A stretch of DNA of 59,827 nucleotides from Clostridium sp. 28_12 (GCA_001916055.1 MNRR01000035.1:17302-77128); one strand, 5' to 3'. Positions 32,192 through 43,511 are shown, numbered from the stretch's first letter. The notes: generated by a model from the letters alone, not told the origin. Numbers and translations: made by a program.

Positions 32192-33712
32192 CTACTTTTT
32201 AAATAGCTTATTTAAAGGTTTAGTTACTAATTCTTTTTCATATTGATTTGTTCCAAATTTCCACATTATTCCTAAATACAAAACTGTATAAATTAATATT
32301 TGGATTACTAATTTCAAATTATTATCTATTGGCCAAACCTTTTTTATTGTAACTCCAAAAAAAGCAACTACTAATACAGGTATACTCATCTTAAGAATAT
32401 TTTTCCAAAATTCAGGTATATTTATATGTGTTTTTTTATAATAGAAAATATTCATAAATATTATTTGACCGCAAATTATTGATAATGATGTTCCTATTGC
32501 AGCACCAATTCCGCCGTATAATTTTGCTAAAAATACAGTGACTATCAAGTTAAATATTGCAAAAACAAATAATACTATAACTCTAAGCTTATACTGGTTT
32601 TTAGCTTGTATTATGTTTAAACCAACATTCTGTATTAATGGTATTGTTATCGGTAACATTAATATGCAAGCAATCATGTATGATTGGCTATATTCTGGTC
32701 CAACCCATAAAAGATTTATAAATTCTTGTCCATATAATACAAATCCTGACATTATTAATGCCATTACTATGTATTGAATTCTCCCTGTTTGTATAAATAC
32801 CTGTGAAAATTCTTCATCAGTAGCTTTTTGTTCTTCCATCTTAGCTACTTTAGGTAACATTACTCCTGTGATAGCGGTTGAAAAATTTAAATACATTTGG
32901 TTTAACTGGCTTGCTACTGAATATATAGCTACTACAGCTGTACCTGATATTGTCCCTAAAATAAATTGATCCACATTCCAATTTATTTTGTCCATAATAC
33001 TATTTAAAAATATCCATACCGAATATGCCATTATTTCTTTTAGTAACTTTATATCTATCTTACCAAATTTAAGTTTAATATGTAATTTTTGTTTACAATA
33101 TACATAGTTTAATATCAGTGTTACCAAATTAAGTACTGTATTTAAAATAACTAAAGCTATTGATTTATATCCAAAGTTTAGCAAAACTAACATTACTATA
33201 GGTGTAGCTATAATTCTTATTAAATTAAGTAACTTAGAAAATATAAATTTTTCATATGCTGTTATTATTGAGCTAAATACACTTAATGGAAATGTTAACA
33301 CCAAATTTAATGTTAATATTCCCATCAAAACTTTTGCTTTTTGCAATTCCTCATGTGTCATGGAATTTCCAAATAATTTATCGACATTTATCCATAAAAT
33401 AGCTCCTATAATTCCTGCTATGATACCAATTATCGTATAAATTATAAGAAACATTCCATGTAGTTTTTCTTCTTTTTCTTTTTGCTTGCTTACCCTATAT
33501 TTTGTTGTATAAATTATTATTGCATTTCCAAAGCCAAAATCTAATATTGTTAAATAGGAAATAACCGATGTGACTAATGAATATAATCCATATTCTGATT
33601 GCCCTAGCTTTGCTGTTAATATTGGTGTATATAATATTCCAACTAGCATGTTTACTACAATTATGGCATATGATAATATAGCTCCCATTTTTACTTGACT
33701 TTTTTCTTTCAA
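32192..33712 (-). CDS. Wzx-type oligosaccharide flippase (MOP superfamily), copy 1
   Basis: 506 aa with about 12-14 TM helices. Typical polysaccharide biosynthesis protein N-terminus. Confidence 0.75.
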   Translation of the reverse strand: MKEKSQVKMGAILSYAIIVVNMLVGILYTPILTAKLGQSEYGLYSLVTSVISYLTILDFGFGNAIIIYTTKYRVSKQKEKEEKLHGMFLIIYTIIGIIAGIIGAILWINVDKLFGNSMTHEELQKAKVLMGILTLNLVLTFPLSVFSSIITAYEKFIFSKLLNLIRIIATPIVMLVLLNFGYKSIALVILNTVLNLVTLILNYVYCKQKLHIKLKFGKIDIKLLKEIMAYSVWIFLNSIMDKINWNVDQFILGTISGTAVVAIYSVASQLNQMYLNFSTAITGVMLPKVAKMEEQKATDEEFSQVFIQTGRIQYIVMALIMSGFVLYGQEFINLLWVGPEYSQSYMIACILMLPITIPLIQNVGLNIIQAKNQYKLRVIVLFVFAIFNLIVTVFLAKLYGGIGAAIGTSLSIICGQIIFMNIFYYKKTHINIPEFWKNILKMSIPVLVVAFFGVTIKKVWPIDNNLKLVIQILIYTVLYLGIMWKFGTNQYEKELVTKPLNKLFKK

Positions 33713-34812
33713 TTGATGCTTCCTTCCTTATTTTTCTCATCATTGCTGTTATTTAAGATTTTTTCTATATACTCATTTGTTTTTTCTTTTTCTAATTCGA
33801 GTATTTTATAACATTCTGTATAATCACATTGTAACAGTTCTTCTGGTATTTTTCCGTCTTTACTATATCTTTCTTGTAATTGAAATTTTGATAATAAAGT
33901 TTCTAATCTTGAATTCATATTTACAATATTATCTTCTCTATCAAAAACAACAAATGGTTTATTGTAAATTATAGAAAATATTGAACCATGATAAGAATCA
34001 GTACATATCATAAAGGCATTTTTTACTAAGTATAAAAATTCACTTGGTCCTGATGCATATAATGGGTCATTTTTATCCATTAAGTTAATTATTGTACAAC
34101 CATTTTGAGTTGCTATATTTTCTATTTCTTTTCTTCTTTTTTCTGATAAATTACCTAGAAAATAATTTAATATGTATTTGTCCGTTGTTAATTTTCTAGG
34201 TTTTTTAGAAACCTTATCCCATTCTTCTGCTGTTAACATCATCGTTGGATCTATTAGTACTTCTGCATCTTTTCTTCCTGTTAGTTCTTCTATTATTTCT
34301 TTGCCTCTATCTTCTCTTACAGAAAGATTTTGCATTTCTAATAAGTTGTTTTTATAATACTCTTTTAATTCTTCTGGTATTTCGCTAATTCCAAAACTTG
34401 CACTAAAAGAACTTCTTTTTTCTTTTGGTGCAAATTTTAGAAAGTCTATGTCTGACATTCTATTGAAGTTTGGATTCCAAACTTGGTCACTTCCTGTTAT
34501 ATATTGATTGTACTCTGTTGCTAATTTATTAGGAATATGGTTCATGTCTATATAATATTTTGAGTATTTTATATTTTTGTTAAATTTCATAAAGTTGTTG
34601 TATCTCTTGTATTTGGGCTTTATGATTAATATTCTTTTTATTAGCTCTTTTAGTTTCTTTTTAATATATCCTTTTCCTACTATTCCTTTTTGATTTTGTA
34701 TTGTTTCTACTTTTATGTTGTATTTTTTTAGTGTCTCTTGTGTGGCATAGTTTTGGAGTCTGTTTCCTAAATTACAATCATCATTGATTGTCAAAATTGC
34801 TAATTTTTTCAT
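33709..34812 (-). CDS. polysaccharide pyruvyl transferase family protein, copy 1
   Basis: MKKLAILTINDDCNLGNRLQNYATQ...TGSDQVWNP...TDSYHGSIFSIIYNKPF are pyruvyl transferase motifs. Confidence 0.8.
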   Translation of the reverse strand: MKKLAILTINDDCNLGNRLQNYATQETLKKYNIKVETIQNQKGIVGKGYIKKKLKELIKRILIIKPKYKRYNNFMKFNKNIKYSKYYIDMNHIPNKLATEYNQYITGSDQVWNPNFNRMSDIDFLKFAPKEKRSSFSASFGISEIPEELKEYYKNNLLEMQNLSVREDRGKEIIEELTGRKDAEVLIDPTMMLTAEEWDKVSKKPRKLTTDKYILNYFLGNLSEKRRKEIENIATQNGCTIINLMDKNDPLYASGPSEFLYLVKNAFMICTDSYHGSIFSIIYNKPFVVFDREDNIVNMNSRLETLLSKFQLQERYSKDGKIPEELLQCDYTECYKILELEKEKTNEYIEKILNNSNDEKNKEGSIN

Positions 34813-36335
34813 TCTTTTTTTCCTTTTTGTACCATGTTAATTATCATACCTTTCACATACTCAAATTCTTCTCTTTTCCTAAAAATTAAATATTGTAATA
34901 AATTTGGAACAATTACAACTATAATACCATTTAAAATTAGTTGTATGAAATTATTATTTAATTTAATATTTTTCGTTATGACAACAGTTATAATCCCACA
35001 TATTGCTGAAATCATTAAATATTTAGAATGTTCTTTTAAAAATTGCCAATATGTTCTATTAAACAGTTTTTTATATACATATACTGGATAACTATATAAA
35101 AATAATATTAATGAACTGGTAACTGTACCTAAAAATACACCTGCTAATCCCCATATTTTTAAGAAAGCTATTGAAGCAACTATATTTATTATTGATTCCA
35201 TTATAGGTACAAATCTATCCTCGTGAAAAATTCCAGCAGCTTCTTTAAACGTATTTGATGTTTTTCTCATTCCTTGCACATAGAAATTAATTGATAATAT
35301 TATTAAAACTCCATAGCTTAACAAATATTGATCGCCAATCCATATTTTTATAAATGGTTCCATCAAGCATAATATAGCAATTGCAGAAAAATTATACATC
35401 CAAGAGTTGATAAATAACATATTTTTATATATTTTATATGTTTTTTCTTTTTCTTTTTCGACAAGTAGATTTCCAACACTTGCTGTTATAGATGAAAACA
35501 CTTGTGAAAACAGATTATTTACAGCTTGTAAGATAGTATTATAATTAGAATATAGTCCTACTGTCGCAACTCCTAAAAAAGTTGATATTATAATATTATC
35601 TGAACCTAGTACTACAAAAGTTGCAATCTTATGGAATATCAACCCCTTAACTTTTAATATAATACTATTTCTAGTTTGTTTATCTATCTCTTTTACATTT
35701 TTTTCTTTTATATACGGATACATTTTATTAGCAATTATTGTTATAACTATATTTTCTATTATTCTAAATATAATCTTTATAACTAAATATGCTATGTAAT
35801 TTTGGGTTAATACAAGTATAACTATTTGTAAAGTATTCATTAATACTAAATATAAAATATGAACAATGTTTATTATATATGTTTTCTGACTAGCATATAA
35901 TATTGATCTTTTATATGTTAGTAAATATGATGCTACTGTATCAAACAAAAATAATAAATACAAAAATGTAATACTTTCCTGTATATCTGTTTTTCCTACT
36001 ATCTTTCCTAAAAACGGAATTACACATATTCCTATTATCGTAACTATTAGAGCAATGATTCTATAACTTTTTTTATAAAATCCTATCAATGATTTTATCT
36101 TTTCTTTGTTATTTTCTGCTATTGGTTTATATAAACTATATATAATTGCTGAACCTATTCCAAGTTCTGCAATTGCTAGCATTGATAATATATTTGTAAA
36201 TAATCCATTTATCCCTAAATATTCTGTTCCTAATATCTTTATGAATATTTTCTGAGTCACTAACCCTATTAATATTGTTATAATACTCATTGCCATTGAT
36301 ACTACTGTATTTTTTATTGAATTTTGTGAACGCAT
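34809..36335 (-). CDS. Wzx-type oligosaccharide flippase (MOP superfamily), copy 2
   Basis: 508 aa polytopic protein beginning MRSQNSIKNTVVSMAMSIITILIGLVTQKIFIKILGTEYLGINGLF. Confidence 0.75.
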   Translation of the reverse strand: MRSQNSIKNTVVSMAMSIITILIGLVTQKIFIKILGTEYLGINGLFTNILSMLAIAELGIGSAIIYSLYKPIAENNKEKIKSLIGFYKKSYRIIALIVTIIGICVIPFLGKIVGKTDIQESITFLYLLFLFDTVASYLLTYKRSILYASQKTYIINIVHILYLVLMNTLQIVILVLTQNYIAYLVIKIIFRIIENIVITIIANKMYPYIKEKNVKEIDKQTRNSIILKVKGLIFHKIATFVVLGSDNIIISTFLGVATVGLYSNYNTILQAVNNLFSQVFSSITASVGNLLVEKEKEKTYKIYKNMLFINSWMYNFSAIAILCLMEPFIKIWIGDQYLLSYGVLIILSINFYVQGMRKTSNTFKEAAGIFHEDRFVPIMESIINIVASIAFLKIWGLAGVFLGTVTSSLILFLYSYPVYVYKKLFNRTYWQFLKEHSKYLMISAICGIITVVITKNIKLNNNFIQLILNGIIVVIVPNLLQYLIFRKREEFEYVKGMIINMVQKGKKE

Positions 36336-36390
36336 TTTTTTCCTTTCTTAAATTATAATAATTTCATTTTTTCTCTCAGTATTTTTTATT

Positions 36391-37335
36391 TTATATATTT
36401 CGGTATATATTTCGATTTATTCTAAACAAAATCATCTTGATTTTGTATTTGGCATCAACCTTAAAAAATATTTTTAAAGTTTTTCCCTTCAATATTTTCT
36501 CATATATCTCTTCCATTTTACTATCTCTAATATAGTTATAATCAAAAATATTGCATTTTCTATATACTCCTAATATTCTTAAAATCATATTTATATCATT
36601 TTCTAATAAAAAAGGATATCTCTTTTTTATAGTTTTAAATCTTTCAAAAGATAATTCATATAAGTCTTTATAAAAATTCTCACTTATTGTGTGCATAATA
36701 CTTTCTTCTCTTTGAATATAAAAATATTTTTTTTCGGTTCCATATCCAATCTTTACAGCTTCCAAAAATAATTTATACATAATTCCCAAATCTTCCATTT
36801 TTCTTCCAACTGGGTACTTTATGTTTTTAAACAATTCCATTTTATACAATTTCGCCCATGCATAATTATGTATTTCTTTATCTTTTAATAACCTAATTAA
36901 GGCTTCTTTTTGTTCAAATATACTAATCTTATTTGTGCAATTATAGTTTCTTATTTTTCTATTATTTTTTTCATCCAATATTATATAGTCACATATTGCA
37001 ATATCTACACCTTTTAAAATAATTTCATATAAGTATTGTATCATGTCATTTTGAATATAATCATCACTATCTATAAACGTCACATATTTTCCATTTGCAA
37101 TTTTTAATCCTTCATTTCTTGCAATGGATACTCCCTCATTTTTTTTATTTATTATTTTTATTCTTTTATCTGATTTCTCAATTTTTTGGCAAATATTCAA
37201 AGAATTATCTGTCGAACCATCATTCACTAAGATTATTTCTAAATTTTTATATGTCTGTTTTGTTATAGAATTTATACATTTTTCCAAATATCTTTCTACA
37301 TTGTATATGGGAACTATAACACTTATCAAATCCAT
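36391..37335 (-). CDS. family 2 glycosyltransferase
   Basis: ISVIVPIYNVERYLEKCINS...ILVNDGSTDNS...TFIDSDDY are canonical GT2 motifs. Confidence 0.85.
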   Translation of the reverse strand: MDLISVIVPIYNVERYLEKCINSITKQTYKNLEIILVNDGSTDNSLNICQKIEKSDKRIKIINKKNEGVSIARNEGLKIANGKYVTFIDSDDYIQNDMIQYLYEIILKGVDIAICDYIILDEKNNRKIRNYNCTNKISIFEQKEALIRLLKDKEIHNYAWAKLYKMELFKNIKYPVGRKMEDLGIMYKLFLEAVKIGYGTEKKYFYIQREESIMHTISENFYKDLYELSFERFKTIKKRYPFLLENDINMILRILGVYRKCNIFDYNYIRDSKMEEIYEKILKGKTLKIFFKVDAKYKIKMILFRINRNIYRNI

Positions 37336-37353
37336 TTTCTATTTTCTCCTATA

Positions 37354-38496
37354 CTATTTTAATATTTTTTTTATAGTATCTTTTAATTTTCTAGGGAAAT
37401 ACGCTTTTATTATAGTTATTGCTGAAATTTTAAATTTCATATTTTCTTTAACTATTTGTTCGTAATTTTTTTCCTTTATTTCATTATAAATATTATCTCT
37501 TATATTTTTTCTTACTGTTGGTTGTTTTAAGTTTTTATTATACTTACTAATTTTCTCAAAAGAGCTCTTCTCGAAATTTATGTCATTCTTTATTTTTTCG
37601 AATAACTCTTTTCCTTTTTTTGTATTTACAATAATAGCAGAATTACCATATTTATTATAATTATTAGGATGCTCATTTTGAATTCCCCAAAAGTCTCCAA
37701 TTGTAATATCTGATATTCTATCTTTTTTAGCATATTTGCATTCATAACAACACTCCCTATATGTAGTTCCATCAATAAAGTTAGAATAATAGGAATCCAT
37801 TGAACAAACATTACTTTTATGTTTTCCATTATTTCTAAACTCATACTTTATTAATTTAGCATTGTTTTCTTGTTCTAAATATTCTTTATATTTTTTAAAT
37901 AATAATGGGCTAGGAACTCCATGACAAATTATATCTATAGTATATAAATTATCATAATTTTTATTTTCCAAAAATTTTCTAAGCCCCGCTATCTGACAAG
38001 GAGTACCTGTAAATAAAACAACTTTTCCTTCTTCTAATTGTTCTTTTACTTTTTGAAAAATATTTTGAGTATCACTTTGTATATATTTTGACCCTTTAAA
38101 TTTATCCAAGTCTTTTATATCATTTACATATCCATGTTTCGCCACCATTTTTTCATCAAAAAAACATCCAAAAATAGCATATTCATTAGCTTGTGCTATA
38201 GCATTTGCAAGAATTGTAAACATTCCTCCTGACGTACTTTTTAAAATAACTTCTTCACTCTTGGAATGTGCTGCATAATATTCAGTATTAAAATTTTCTT
38301 TTTTTATCTCATTTAACTGTGGACACTTTTTTATACACAATCCACAATTTATACATTTTTCCTTATCTATTTTGTATTCCAAAAAGCCCTCTTTATTACT
38401 TTCAAATTTTATAGCCTTTTTAGGGCAAATTTCTTTACAACAGTTACACCCTGTACATTTAAATTTAAAATTATCTAAATTATTCACTATACTCAT
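37354..38496 (-). CDS. FrhB-like protein with N-terminal 2x[4Fe-4S] ferredoxin domain
   Basis: CTGCNCCKEICP and CINCGLCIKKCP clusters, followed by TSGGMFTILA...FKGSKYIQS...FTGTPCQIAGLRKFL...ICHGVP. Confidence 0.75.
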   Translation of the reverse strand: MSIVNNLDNFKFKCTGCNCCKEICPKKAIKFESNKEGFLEYKIDKEKCINCGLCIKKCPQLNEIKKENFNTEYYAAHSKSEEVILKSTSGGMFTILANAIAQANEYAIFGCFFDEKMVAKHGYVNDIKDLDKFKGSKYIQSDTQNIFQKVKEQLEEGKVVLFTGTPCQIAGLRKFLENKNYDNLYTIDIICHGVPSPLLFKKYKEYLEQENNAKLIKYEFRNNGKHKSNVCSMDSYYSNFIDGTTYRECCYECKYAKKDRISDITIGDFWGIQNEHPNNYNKYGNSAIIVNTKKGKELFEKIKNDINFEKSSFEKISKYNKNLKQPTVRKNIRDNIYNEIKEKNYEQIVKENMKFKISAITIIKAYFPRKLKDTIKKILK

Positions 38497-39851
38497 TCCT
38501 TTATAACTTCTTTTTTCTTAAAAGGTGTGCATATATAATATACAACAATATATACTATTATGAGGCACAAATACATCGACATAGTCGGAAGAAACGCTCC
38601 TCGCATAAAAATAAACATCATACCCAATGTTATTGTATATATTCCTTTAAATAATATATTATTGTTCATCATTTTATTTTCTATTATTTTATTAATTAAA
38701 GAAAATAATATTGTTCCAAATATTATAGCTATTACTCCTCCTGCTATATAAAACTCTGCAAATAGTGGGCATGAAATATTTAAAAACTTAAAATTAAAAT
38801 ATTCTGCAACGATTTGTCCTGAGGGATACAATTTTTTAGTAAATATACTTCTAGGTACAATACATAAAATCCCAGAAAGAATATTAGCACCATATAGAAC
38901 ACCATGACTCTTTGCATATCTAACTGAAAGCATCAAGACTTGATATGCATCATAATCGATATAATTAGTAGAAAAACCTCCTAACCTGAATTCAGACAAT
39001 TCAAATATTGTATGATTTTTAAAAAAATTAAACGCAGGAAATATAACATAAAATCCTATACTTGCAACAACTAAAATTAATGATTTATACTTTAACTTAT
39101 TTGATAACGCAAAAAATATCATTATATATGTTCCAAAAAGTAAATATCTACTAACAGTACCATTTAAAGGAAAATATATTATTAAATTTATTAAAGCAAT
39201 TACTACTATAAATATTTTTTTATTAATTTTTCTCGCATTTACTAATTTCTCTTTGTTAGCAAAAATATATATTAGTAAACTAGCAACTGGAAAAAATCTA
39301 GCCATTCTTACCATAGTTATATAGATTCCATCTGAATTTTCTATATTTTCATTTGTAGAAAATAGTAATTTAGATTTATATAATATTATTAAACATACTA
39401 TACTTATAATGGTTAGTATACTTAGACTTAATTCATTAATACTTATTCTTTCATCATATTTTATCTTTTTTACTTGTACTTTTTTTAATATAAGTCTTTT
39501 AGAAAAAGTATATAAAAATAGAAAAATTAATATAATTATATTAGCAAATAAAAACTCACTTTCAGAAAATGGACTATTAGGATGTATTATATAATTATCC
39601 AGGTATTGGTGATACGGTGCATAATAACAAAACAAATACATAAAAATATATATAATTTTATCTACCGTAACTCCTCCTCTATCCGTAATAAAAAAGATTA
39701 TACTTGAAATTCCTATTATTATGAAAGTGATACACACAAATATATCTTTATCCTGATTTATAGAAAATATAAAATCTATTAATGTTAAACCTATAAATAT
39801 AGTATATATTACAATATCTATAGGATTAAGCTTTAATCTTTCGTTTTTCAT
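38493..39851 (-). CDS. Wzy-like polysaccharide polymerase (polytopic membrane protein)
   Basis: 452 aa with at least 10 TM helices. Its position between glycosyltransferases in the EPS operon supports the call; no strict motif. Confidence 0.5.
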   Translation of the reverse strand: MKNERLKLNPIDIVIYTIFIGLTLIDFIFSINQDKDIFVCITFIIIGISSIIFFITDRGGVTVDKIIYIFMYLFCYYAPYHQYLDNYIIHPNSPFSESEFLFANIIILIFLFLYTFSKRLILKKVQVKKIKYDERISINELSLSILTIISIVCLIILYKSKLLFSTNENIENSDGIYITMVRMARFFPVASLLIYIFANKEKLVNARKINKKIFIVVIALINLIIYFPLNGTVSRYLLFGTYIMIFFALSNKLKYKSLILVVASIGFYVIFPAFNFFKNHTIFELSEFRLGGFSTNYIDYDAYQVLMLSVRYAKSHGVLYGANILSGILCIVPRSIFTKKLYPSGQIVAEYFNFKFLNISCPLFAEFYIAGGVIAIIFGTILFSLINKIIENKMMNNNILFKGIYTITLGMMFIFMRGAFLPTMSMYLCLIIVYIVVYYICTPFKKKEVIKE

Positions 39852-40804
39852 TATTCCTCCTCAAATTTATAATCAAATTCTTCAAGTAAACATTTCTTTA
39901 TATAATCATTTTCATATTTAGCAATACCATTTCCATAATCTACCCATACCTCGTGTCCTTCGTATCCTTGCCACCAATGTAAATAATATTCTTTTCTTTT
40001 TTTAAAATCTGGAAGTGGATCTATAAATTCATATCCTAGCTTAATTATTTTATCAAACCAGTATGTACCAACATCTCCTCCTCCTTCGTAATTTCCAAAA
40101 TAAATTCCATATTCATTTACAAGACGTTTCGCTATATCTAAATTTATCAAACAACACCATTCATTAATTCTACAATTTCTTTTATATCTTCCTAATATCG
40201 TATGCATTAAGCTTTGTTTTCCTGTTATTGGCCAATTTGCACAAGGATATTCTTTTTGCATAATTTTTTGGGGTGAACATTTCTTTCCACAAGGACCAAA
40301 CGGACATCTTTTTGATCCTCCTAAATCTCCTACAATAGCAATATTCTTATTTTTTTCAATTTCTCTAATATACATTCCTAATATATCATTAAAGAACTTG
40401 ATATCATCATGTATTAAAAACAAATATTTTTTATCTGAATTATTTATTGCCCATTGATATCTAATATCATTAGAGGTACTATAATATTTTAATCTTTTTA
40501 TAGCCAAATGCCCTATTAATCTAATTTTTTCTTTACATTTTTTTGCATTCCACATTTCTTTTGTTAATAGTGTATGTGTATATCCACTTGGTTTAATATT
40601 TACTCTTACTCGTAACTTTATAGGAGCTAATCTCTTTTTTAATTCTTCACTTTCATAATATTTTGTAATATTATTTCCAGAACAATCATCATTAATATAT
40701 ATTGTATCAATATGCTCTCCACAATATTTTTTTAAAGAAAATAATGTATATACCAATGATTCTGGCTTTTTATACGATTGAATTGCAACATCTACCTTAT
40801 TCAT
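39851..40804 (-). CDS. GT-A-like glycosyltransferase, Cys-rich (putative)
   Basis: VDVAIQSYKKPESLVYTLFSL...IYINDDCSGN...LFLIHDDI resembles a GT-A fold DxD arrangement. Start set to ATG 40804. Confidence 0.45.
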   Translation of the reverse strand: MNKVDVAIQSYKKPESLVYTLFSLKKYCGEHIDTIYINDDCSGNNITKYYESEELKKRLAPIKLRVRVNIKPSGYTHTLLTKEMWNAKKCKEKIRLIGHLAIKRLKYYSTSNDIRYQWAINNSDKKYLFLIHDDIKFFNDILGMYIREIEKNKNIAIVGDLGGSKRCPFGPCGKKCSPQKIMQKEYPCANWPITGKQSLMHTILGRYKRNCRINEWCCLINLDIAKRLVNEYGIYFGNYEGGGDVGTYWFDKIIKLGYEFIDPLPDFKKRKEYYLHWWQGYEGHEVWVDYGNGIAKYENDYIKKCLLEEFDYKFEEE

Positions 40805-41921
40805 CGTTTCCCCTTTCAATAGCCTTTCTTAAATATTCAATTGATTTTTTTCTTTCTTTATCTAATATGTCATTTACTTTTTTATAATCAATTTCTTTAT
40901 TTATGATAGACATATCATTATAGTCATTTACTATTCTATCTTCCATACCAAATAATTTTAATATACTTTCTATTCTTGTTCTAGTTTTTCCAGGCAAAAT
41001 GTCAATTACTTGTTTGTTAAAAATTATAGAAAATACAGTTCCATGAAAAGAATCTGTTACAACATATTTAGCATTTTTAAAATATGTCAAAAACTGTTCT
41101 AAATCAGGTAAATATACAAATTTTCCATACTTAAATTTATAGTATATTGATGAGCTAAGCCTTACCACCTTTAGATTAGTTGCTTTCGCCAATTTTTTCA
41201 AATACTTGTCAAATTCCTTATTGTGGTGTAATTGGTACGTTAAAATATATTGCTCTTTTTCATTATTTTTAATTTTTAAATTTTCTTCCCATTCTTCTTT
41301 AGATAATAATAATGTAGGATCCAAAACTAACTTTACATTATCAATTCCACTTGCATTTAGTATTTTAACAGCTGACAATTCTCTTACCATAATATCAGAA
41401 TATTTCTCCATTAGTTTTGGTAATTTAATCTTTAAATTTTCTGATAATTTATTTTTTCCAAAGCTTGCAGAATATGCAATACATCTTTTATCATTTGGCA
41501 CAAATTCCAAAAAATAATTTTCGTCATAATCATCATTAGCAATTTGCCCCCATACTTGGTCACTACCTGTACAATATATATCGGCTTGTGGTAAATCTTC
41601 CATTAACTCATTTTTATTTTTATATTGTTTAGAAGTCAATTTCAAGTATTTTTTTCTATATTTAGCAAACTTGTTATTCATTATATCTAAATTAGGTTTT
41701 TGTATAATTTTATAAATAAATCTAGTAATAAAATTCCTATTCCATTTTTTTGAATTTTTCATATATGTTTTTACTAAATTTTTACTATTTTCTTCTACTC
41801 TAACATAATCAATTATTTCATTTTCTATATTTAACTTATCAAGCATTTTTTCCGTTGCATATGCTTGTAATATAGAACCATAATTAGCTATTGCATGTCT
41901 AGTTATAATATCAATTTTCAT
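40797..41921 (-). CDS. polysaccharide pyruvyl transferase family protein, copy 2
   Basis: MKIDIITRHAIANYGSILQAYATE...TGSDQVWGQ...TDSFHGTVFSIIFNKQ. Start set to ATG 41921 (GGGGAAAAG RBS). Confidence 0.8.
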   Translation of the reverse strand: MKIDIITRHAIANYGSILQAYATEKMLDKLNIENEIIDYVRVEENSKNLVKTYMKNSKKWNRNFITRFIYKIIQKPNLDIMNNKFAKYRKKYLKLTSKQYKNKNELMEDLPQADIYCTGSDQVWGQIANDDYDENYFLEFVPNDKRCIAYSASFGKNKLSENLKIKLPKLMEKYSDIMVRELSAVKILNASGIDNVKLVLDPTLLLSKEEWEENLKIKNNEKEQYILTYQLHHNKEFDKYLKKLAKATNLKVVRLSSSIYYKFKYGKFVYLPDLEQFLTYFKNAKYVVTDSFHGTVFSIIFNKQVIDILPGKTRTRIESILKLFGMEDRIVNDYNDMSIINKEIDYKKVNDILDKERKKSIEYLRKAIERGNDE

Positions 41922-42308
41922 CTTTTCCCCTTCTTCTAAATTATATTCAAATATTGACAAATATCAAAATATTTTTTATAGTTGTTTTCTTTAGTATCTC
42001 TTGGAACATATTCATTATAAAAAAAATATTCTAACAGTATTCTATGAATGTTTTCAGCTATAAAACATATTTCATTTTTCGCCTTAATTCTCCTAACTTT
42101 TTCTCTGTCAATAGGTTTTAATTATTATAATTTATATATAATCCTATCTTCATCAATTCTTAATGCTCTTATTTTCCATTTCTCGTTAATTTCATTTATT
42201 ATACTATAATATCATTTCTAATAATTGTAATTTTTTATCTTTTTTGTTCTAATATTCCTGTACATTTAAAACAACAATCTTCTATTTTTCTATTATATTT
42301 TCTTTCAA

Positions 42309-43511
42309 TTATATAATCTTCTTAAAATAATTTGTTATTTCATTCCCATAATCAATATTTATTCTGCTTTTTACAAATTCAAAACTTTCCTTACTATATT
42401 TATCTATATTTTTCTCATAACAAACAATTTTCTTTTTCAATTCATCTTTATTTAATTCAAATATCAAAATATTATCTATACTATAATCAACAGCCGCCGA
42501 AACATTTGAACAAATACAAGGAACACCATATTGCATAGCTTCTAATGGTGTAAGTGGTGCCCCTTCATACCACTTACTCGGAAAAATTAAAGCTTTAGCT
42601 CCTTTCATGTACTGTTTTACCTCATCTTTATTTTTCCAACCTGTAAACTCTATATTAGGAAATTCTGTTTCAAGTTTTTGTCTTTCATCTCCATCCCCCA
42701 CAACTATACCTTTATAATCCAATTCGGAAATAGCTTGGCAAAATAAATCTACACCTTTTTCTTTTGAAACTCTTCCAACGTACAAATAATATTCATTTTT
42801 ACTAGGGTCTACCTTTTCCAAATTTTTTTCAATATCTATTGGATTATAAATTCTTGTTACTCTTGTATTTTTTCCTAGAGTCGTTTTTAATATTTTTTCA
42901 CTAAATTCTGATATTGTAATTACATTTTCTAACTTATCATTTAATTTTACTATTTTATTTTGTACGAATTGTCTAATTAATCTATATAGTTTAAATCCAT
43001 AATTTCTTGAATCACAGTTGCATTTTATGCATTTCCAAGATAATGGTTTAAACTTGCATATCTCATTTTTCTTATAATTAAAATATCCGCCATTTGGGCA
43101 TGCTGTAAAATAGTCATGTAATGTCAATACAACTTTAAATCTCATTTTAAATGCTATATCAAAAACACTACTTGATAATGCTTTAGTCCATCCATGCACA
43201 TGTATAATTGTGTTATCTCTGTCTAAAGTTTTTAGTAACTTTTTTAGTTCTTTTTTTGCCTTTAAATTATATATTCCATTAATAGCGCCTTTGATTTTAT
43301 TTTTTTCCTTTAAAGCTTCTTGCTGATTAGTTGAAATATATTTTACTCCGTTTATTTTTTCATTCTCTTTATTAACAGCTGAAAAAAAGAAAACTTTTAT
43401 TCCTTGTTCTTTCAATATTTTTGCAGTATCAATCGCAACTTTACTAGCTCCCCCTTGAACATAATTAAAGTCATTTACAATCACTACATTTTTAATTTTT
43501 CTATCATCCAT
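42309..43511 (-). CDS. family 4 (GT-B) glycosyltransferase
   Basis: VVIVNDFNYVQGGASKVA...HVHGW...FPSKWYEGAPLTPLEAMQYGVPCI carries the E-x7-E GT4 motif. Confidence 0.8.
   Translation of the reverse strand: MDDRKIKNVVIVNDFNYVQGGASKVAIDTAKILKEQGIKVFFFSAVNKENEKINGVKYISTNQQEALKEKNKIKGAINGIYNLKAKKELKKLLKTLDRDNTIIHVHGWTKALSSSVFDIAFKMRFKVVLTLHDYFTACPNGGYFNYKKNEICKFKPLSWKCIKCNCDSRNYGFKLYRLIRQFVQNKIVKLNDKLENVITISEFSEKILKTTLGKNTRVTRIYNPIDIEKNLEKVDPSKNEYYLYVGRVSKEKGVDLFCQAISELDYKGIVVGDGDERQKLETEFPNIEFTGWKNKDEVKQYMKGAKALIFPSKWYEGAPLTPLEAMQYGVPCICSNVSAAVDYSIDNILIFELNKDELKKKIVCYEKNIDKYSKESFEFVKSRINIDYGNEITNYFKKII

Noticed and set aside
41961-42308. Unusually long (348 bp) gap inside the EPS operon containing a ~66-aa open frame (...KPIDREKVRRIKAKNEICFIAENIHRILLEYFFYNEYVPRD...)
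   Set aside because: The frame has no start codon and is bounded by stops. It is probably a remnant of a lost gene, and I could not assign a family, so it is not annotated as a feature.
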